From: an uncultured Actinomycetota bacterium
GTDB lineage: Bacteria; Actinomycetota; Nitriliruptoria; Nitriliruptorales; JAHWKO01
Assembly: GCA_964537235.1 (NCBI GenBank)
Contig: CAZHZQ010000002.1
Coordinates: 1-46,691 of the forward strand
Direction: 5' to 3'
Length of the DNA: 46,691 bases
Position 1 is the first letter of the stretch. Each line of letters starts with the position of its first letter. The notes beneath the pieces were generated by a model. The model had not been told where the DNA came from. It searched no databases and worked only from the letters and a program-made list of their open reading frames with translations. The position numbers and the translations under genes were made by a program. Below are positions 42,309-46,691 of this stretch, piece by piece.

Positions 42309-42901
42309 CCGGCATCCTCATCGTCGACAACTACGACTCGTTCACGTTCAACCTGGCGCAACAGCTGGGTGAGCTCGGGGCCACGGTCGAGGTGGTGCGC
42401 AACGACGCGTTCCGGGTCGAGGAGCTGGCCGACGATCTGCCCGACGGGGTGGTGATCAGTCCCGGCCCCGGTCGTCCGTCCGACGCGGGCCTGTCGAACG
42501 AGGTCGTCCGCACGGTGGCCGGACACCGGCCGCTGCTCGGGGTCTGCCTGGGCCACCAGTGCATCGGCGAGGTCTACGGCGGCGAGATCGTCCGCGCGCC
42601 CGAGCTCTTCCACGGCAAGACCTCGCGGATCTACCACCGGCGTGAAGGGGTCCTGGAGGGCCTGCCGGTCCCGTTCGACGCCACCCGCTACCACTCCCTC
42701 GTGATCGACCGGGATTCGATGCCCCAGGAGCTGAAGGTGACCGCCGAGACCTCCGACGGCCTGGTGATGGGGCTGCGACACCGGGAACTGCCCGTCGAGG
42801 GCGTCCAGTTCCACCCCGAGTCGATCCTCACCGGCGTGGGCATGCAGCTGCTGGGCAACTTCCTCCGCGCCTGTCACGCCCCGGAGCCGGCTCCGTCGTG
42901 A
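42305..42901 (+). CDS. trpG: Glutamine amidotransferase, anthranilate / aminodeoxychorismate synthase component II
   Basis: The ATG at 42305 forms an ATGA overlap. The sequence MTGILIVDNYDSFTFNLAQQL, the catalytic Cys in GVCLGHQ, and VQFHPES support the call. Confidence 0.92.
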   Translation: MTGILIVDNYDSFTFNLAQQLGELGATVEVVRNDAFRVEELADDLPDGVVISPGPGRPSDAGLSNEVVRTVAGHRPLLGVCLGHQCIGEVYGGEIVRAPELFHGKTSRIYHRREGVLEGLPVPFDATRYHSLVIDRDSMPQELKVTAETSDGLVMGLRHRELPVEGVQFHPESILTGVGMQLLGNFLRACHAPEPAPS

Positions 42902-42916
42902 CCGGGCCCGCTGGGT

Positions 42917-43924
42917 TCAGTCCGCCAGCGCGTCGATCGCATCCTGGAAGGTCGCGACCGAGACGACCTCGATACCCTCGGGTGCGGCCGAGCGTGCGGC
43001 GTCGGCCTGGTCCGCGGGAGACAGGAAGAGGTCAGCGCCACTGGCGGCCGCGCCCCGGACCTTCTTCTCGATCCCGCCGATCGGTCCGACCCGGCCGTTC
43101 AGACCGATGGTCCCCGTCCCGGCGATCTTCCGGCCGTCGGCCACGTCCTCCTCGGTGAAGAGGTCGTAGACGGTCAGGGACAGCATGAGGCCGGCGGACG
43201 GGCCGCCGATCCCCGAACGGTTGGAGATCTCGACGTCGGCCGGCAGCTCGATCTTCTGGTTGACCGTGTCGATGAACACGCCGATCCCCGAGGAGCTCGT
43301 CCCGGGGATCGGCGACACCTGCAGCTCGACCTCCTCGATCCCGGCGTCGCGTTCGACCCGCAGTGACACGTCGTCGCCCCGTTCGAGCTCCTGGGTCAAC
43401 GCGGCCAGCTCGCTGCCGAGGGAGATGTCCTCGCCGTTGGCCTGCACGATCACGTCGCCGGCACGCAGCTCGCCCTCCGCGGCGCTGCCCGGGATGACCT
43501 CGACGACGCGGGCGCCGTCGCCTTCGATCGTGACGTCCCGCCCGGCCGAGCGGAGCCCGACGGCGGCCGCGACCTTCACGCTCTCGTCGAAGATGTCCCG
43601 CTGGGTCTCGAAGAACTCCTCGGTGTCGATGTCGGGGGGGATCAGCTGCTCGCGTCGCGACACGTCCTCGTAGGGATCGAACCAGGCCTGGATCGCGCCG
43701 CTGGTGGTCGTGGGGAAGACCGTGACCGTCGTCAGCAGGATCTCACCGTTCAGCCGGTCGACCTCGCCGTCGACGACGATCACCGATCCCCCGTCGGCGG
43801 TGCACGTGTCGTTCCCGCAGATCGGCGTGGCCTCCGCGGGGGCGGTGACCAGCAACGGCAGCGGAACGGTCACGACCGCCCAGCCGATGACCAGGGCCGA
43901 CAGGGCGTACAGAAGACGTCTCAC
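42917..43924 (-). CDS. PDZ domain plus Lon-like (S16) C-terminal protease-domain protein (YlbL/SdrC-like)
   Basis: I chose the GTG at 43922-43924, which has AGGAG upstream and forms a GTGA overlap with the upstream gene. It has an N-terminal TM helix, a PDZ segment [22 protein letters not shown], and the Ser motif [14 protein letters not shown]. The track N-terminal extension is Arg-rich junk. Confidence 0.85.
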   Translation of the reverse strand: MRRLLYALSALVIGWAVVTVPLPLLVTAPAEATPICGNDTCTADGGSVIVVDGEVDRLNGEILLTTVTVFPTTTSGAIQAWFDPYEDVSRREQLIPPDIDTEEFFETQRDIFDESVKVAAAVGLRSAGRDVTIEGDGARVVEVIPGSAAEGELRAGDVIVQANGEDISLGSELAALTQELERGDDVSLRVERDAGIEEVELQVSPIPGTSSSGIGVFIDTVNQKIELPADVEISNRSGIGGPSAGLMLSLTVYDLFTEEDVADGRKIAGTGTIGLNGRVGPIGGIEKKVRGAAASGADLFLSPADQADAARSAAPEGIEVVSVATFQDAIDALAD

Positions 43925-45102
43925 GGGGCGCTCCTGCGCCGCGCTGCGCGGCTCCGTCCGCGACGGCTGCCACCCGCGTGCGGTCCGTGCAGCCTCCGCA
44001 GACGTTCCAGCGCGGCGCGGAAGTCCCGGGAGCCGGCGAGCCCCACCAGTTCCCCGTCGTTCACGACCGCGACTGCGGGGCTGCTCTCGATCCGTTCGTA
44101 CACGTCCACGACCGCGGTGTCGGCGCTGACCGTCGGGATGTCCTCGATGCGGCACATGATCTGACGCAGCGTCCGGTGCGCCCGCTCCTCGCGCGGGACC
44201 GCGGCAGCGTCATCCACCCGCACGACCCCGACCAACTGGCCGTTGCTCTCCCTGACCGGGTGGGCGTCGGCGTTGACGCACGTCAGGTCCTCGAGCACGT
44301 CCACGACCCTCGCCCCGGCCGGGAGGCTCGGCGTCGGCTCGTCGAGCAGCGAGCCCACGGTGCGGTCGCGCAGCATCTCCACGGTCTCGGTCCGCCCCAG
44401 CTCCCCGTGAGCGGCCCGGTAGAGGAACCAGCCGACGAACCCGACCAGGAGCGCCTCGAAGACCGGACGAGGCCGGAAGACGAAGAACGCGTAGGCCGCG
44501 ACGCCGAGCAGGACGGCACCGACCACCTGGCCCGACCTCGCGGCGAACCGGACGGCCCGCTCGCGGTCGCCGGTGATCGCCCAGACCAGGGAGCGCAGGA
44601 CCCGCCCCCCGTCCAGCGGGGCACCCGGGATCAGGTTGAACAGCGCCAGGACCAGGTTCAACCAGCCCAGCAGTCCGGCGACCTCGGCGACCGCCGCGTA
44701 CCCGAGGTACCCGGCGCCGGTGGCGATCAGCCCGAAGAGCGCCGCCAGCACGAAGCTGACGTACGGCCCCACGGCCGACAGCGCGAACTCGTCGCGTGGA
44801 CGACGCACGTCGAAGCGGGTCTCGGTCACTCCTCCGAACACGAACAGCGTGATGCCGGCGACGCTGATGTCGCGGTGCTGTGCCTCGAGGGCGTGACCGA
44901 GCTCGTGGGCGAGCACGGACGCGAAGAACAGTCCGGTGGCCACGAGCGCCAGTCCGACGGCCGGGGCGATCGCGTGGCCGTACTTCTGCGCGAACCACGC
45001 CCAGAACTGCAGCGCGACCAACGCGGCGATGAGAAACCACGACGGGTCGATACGGATGTCGACGCCGCCGATCGAACCGATCCGGAGGGCACGGGGGAAC
45101 AC
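43921..45102 (-). CDS. Site-2 (M50) metalloprotease with a CBS pair
   Basis: 393 aa. The motifs HELGHAL (HExxH) and [11 protein letters not shown] are present, followed by a C-terminal CBS-like region. Confidence 0.9.
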   Translation of the reverse strand: MFPRALRIGSIGGVDIRIDPSWFLIAALVALQFWAWFAQKYGHAIAPAVGLALVATGLFFASVLAHELGHALEAQHRDISVAGITLFVFGGVTETRFDVRRPRDEFALSAVGPYVSFVLAALFGLIATGAGYLGYAAVAEVAGLLGWLNLVLALFNLIPGAPLDGGRVLRSLVWAITGDRERAVRFAARSGQVVGAVLLGVAAYAFFVFRPRPVFEALLVGFVGWFLYRAAHGELGRTETVEMLRDRTVGSLLDEPTPSLPAGARVVDVLEDLTCVNADAHPVRESNGQLVGVVRVDDAAAVPREERAHRTLRQIMCRIEDIPTVSADTAVVDVYERIESSPAVAVVNDGELVGLAGSRDFRAALERLRRLHGPHAGGSRRGRSRAARRRSAP

Positions 45103-45205
45103 GGACCCGACGCTATCAGCCCCTCCCCCTGCGCCCCTGCGCGCGATCGTCCGACCGGGGCGGGCGGCCCGGCCACCACCGCCGCCGGGACGTTAGGGTG
45201 GCCCC

Positions 45206-46384
45206 ATGAGCATCGACCAAGAGATCATCCTCGACCTCATCGACTTCCGCGACGACGTGGGCGTGCTGTCCGTGTTCGTCGGGATCACCCCGGACCGCGC
45301 GGCGGATCCCAAGCCGAGCTGGCCGATCGTGATCCGCAACGAGCTGCGCGATCTCCGCAAACGCGCGAAGGAGGACCGCTCTCATGAGGACTGGGAGGCG
45401 ATCGGCGATCGCATCGACCATCTGGACCGCCAGCTGGACCAGCTGTTCGACTTCTCCGCGCACGGGCGCGGACGTGCGCTGTTCGCGGCCGTCAGCAGCG
45501 ACCAGGTCTGGACGGTGTCGATCCAGGTGCCGTTCCGGGACCGTGTGATCCTCGATGACAACGCCTACGTCCGGCCGCTGATCGCCGCCTACGACGAGGG
45601 GCGACCGGCCGGCATCGCCGTGGTCCACAAGGGGGGTGTCCGCCTCCTCGAGTGGCGCTTGGGCGAGGCGGAGGAGCTCACCAAGGACGCCTTCACGATC
45701 GGCGGGCGCGACTGGCGCAAGGCCTCGGGACCGGCGCCGGCCCAGCCGCAGGACACCCGCCAGGGCGGACAGAAGCGCGACCAGTTCGACAACCGCGTCG
45801 ACGAGAACCGGCTCCGCTTCATGCGGGACCGTGCCCGTGACATCGCCGAGATCGCGAACTCGCGTGGCTGGGATCGGCTCGTCGTCGCCGGCGATCCGCG
45901 CCTGACCAAGCCGTTCGCCGAGGAACTCAACCCCGCGGGCGGCGAGCAGCTGACCGTCACCGACCTCTCCTGGGAGGACGAAGCCCCCAACGAGATCGCC
46001 GATCAGGCCTGGGAGACCCTCAAGACGCTCCGCCACGAGCGTGCGGTCAACCTCGTGCAGACCGCGAAGGACCGGGCGCTGTCCGGCGGGGCCGGGGCGC
46101 TCGGTCTCGACGACGTGCTGGCCTCGCTCAACGAGGGGCGTGTCGAGAGGCTGGTCTTCAACGCCGACGTCAGCCTCTCCGGGTACCGCACGGAGGCGGG
46201 GATGCTGTACGCCGACAACGGTCGCCCCGACCTCGACGACGACCTTCTGATCGAGGAGGAACTGCTCGTCGAGCGCGCGATCGAGCGGACGCTCGAGACC
46301 GGGGCGACCGTCACGCCCGTGCAGGACGACGCCGCCGAAACGCTCTCCGAGCACGGAGGCATCGCCGCGCTCCTGCGTTGGTGA
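45206..46384 (+). CDS. Bacterial archaeo-eukaryotic release factor (eRF1/Pelota-like) family protein with a GGQ motif
   Basis: 392 aa. GIAVVHKGGVRLLEW ... RQGGQKRDQFDNRVDENRLRFMRD aligns by eye with eRF1 GFIVMDGSGALFGTL ... [24 protein letters not shown]. GGQ lies at residues 187-189. The following RLVVAGDPRL resembles the start of the eRF1 C domain. Confidence 0.78.
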   Translation: MSIDQEIILDLIDFRDDVGVLSVFVGITPDRAADPKPSWPIVIRNELRDLRKRAKEDRSHEDWEAIGDRIDHLDRQLDQLFDFSAHGRGRALFAAVSSDQVWTVSIQVPFRDRVILDDNAYVRPLIAAYDEGRPAGIAVVHKGGVRLLEWRLGEAEELTKDAFTIGGRDWRKASGPAPAQPQDTRQGGQKRDQFDNRVDENRLRFMRDRARDIAEIANSRGWDRLVVAGDPRLTKPFAEELNPAGGEQLTVTDLSWEDEAPNEIADQAWETLKTLRHERAVNLVQTAKDRALSGGAGALGLDDVLASLNEGRVERLVFNADVSLSGYRTEAGMLYADNGRPDLDDDLLIEEELLVERAIERTLETGATVTPVQDDAAETLSEHGGIAALLRW

Positions 46385-46524
46385 CGCTCGTCGGGTCCCG
46401 TGTCCGGGACCACGGCGGGAACGCTTCGCTTCCGCCTCCGCTCTGGTCGGCTTCGCTGCGCTCGCCTCCCTCGCGAGGGTCCCGCACACGGGATCCCTCC
46501 TCGCTGTCCCATGGCTGTGGTGGG

Positions 46525-46691
46525 TTAGGGGCGGCGGCGGCCGCCCATCGCCAGGCCGAAGAGGCCCAGCGTCGCGGCTCCCAGCAGCGAGGTCGGGGCG
46601 GGACCGGTCATCGGGAGATCCGGGACGGGCGCCGGCGCGGCCATGACATCGACGCTGCCGGTCGGAGGTCCGTCCGGGGCGCCGGCGACCA
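46525..46691 (-). CDS. C-terminal end of an LPXTG-type sortase substrate (5' end outside the window)
   Basis: Hand translation of the minus strand gives ...VPDLPMTGPAPTSLLGAATLGLFGLAMGGRRRP-stop (TAA at 46525-46527). This is an LPMTG motif, a hydrophobic helix and a basic tail, the classical cell-wall sorting signal. It is not in the supplied ORF track because it is truncated. Confidence 0.55.
   Translation of the reverse strand, partial: VAGAPDGPPTGSVDVMAAPAPVPDLPMTGPAPTSLLGAATLGLFGLAMGGRRRP

Noticed and set aside
43978-46489. 469-aa plus ORF opposite the M50 protease and 457-aa minus ORF opposite the eRF1-like gene
   Set aside because: These are shadow ORFs. The HExxH/LDG and GGQ-containing frames are the real ones.

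Overview
This is a high-G+C actinobacterial chromosomal window. The right half carries the conserved crgA / class E sortase / trpG neighbourhood. All calls come from reading the ORF translations and DNA by eye; no searches were run. Positions 1-11069 look like the right-hand part of an integrated mobilizable element. On the minus strand it encodes a MobF relaxase-helicase, an excisionase-like HTH protein, a tyrosine integrase, a frame-disrupted small ORF and a PD-(D/E)XK nuclease-like gene. These are followed by a repeat-rich A/T-rich non-coding stretch, decayed ORFs, a visibly lower-G+C cargo block and a tRNA-Val 3' fragment that looks like an att remnant. The cargo block (7553-10839) is the best candidate for an undescribed system. 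It has a divergent XRE regulator, a small His-rich helical protein, and a 742-aa fusion of a calcineurin-like metallophosphoesterase to a domain that aligns by eye to the thymidylate synthase / dCMP hydroxymethylase fold with a candidate catalytic Cys. I read this as a possible nucleotide-targeting defence or modification module. Downstream lie a DUF305 gene and a roughly 12.8-kb, eight-gene translationally coupled operon (large membrane protein, ABC-2 exporter, GQ-repeat coiled-coil protein, MoxR, DUF58, two VWA proteins). Next come a cyclase-STAND-TPR protein, lipid-metabolism genes, a GAF histidine kinase whose 3' end overlaps tRNA-Ala antisense, and a dense DnaA-box cluster between crgA and an FmdB-like gene. 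The window ends with protease genes, a bacterial eRF1-like protein with an intact GGQ motif, and a partial LPXTG protein. Many long Arg/Pro-rich shadow ORFs were rejected.
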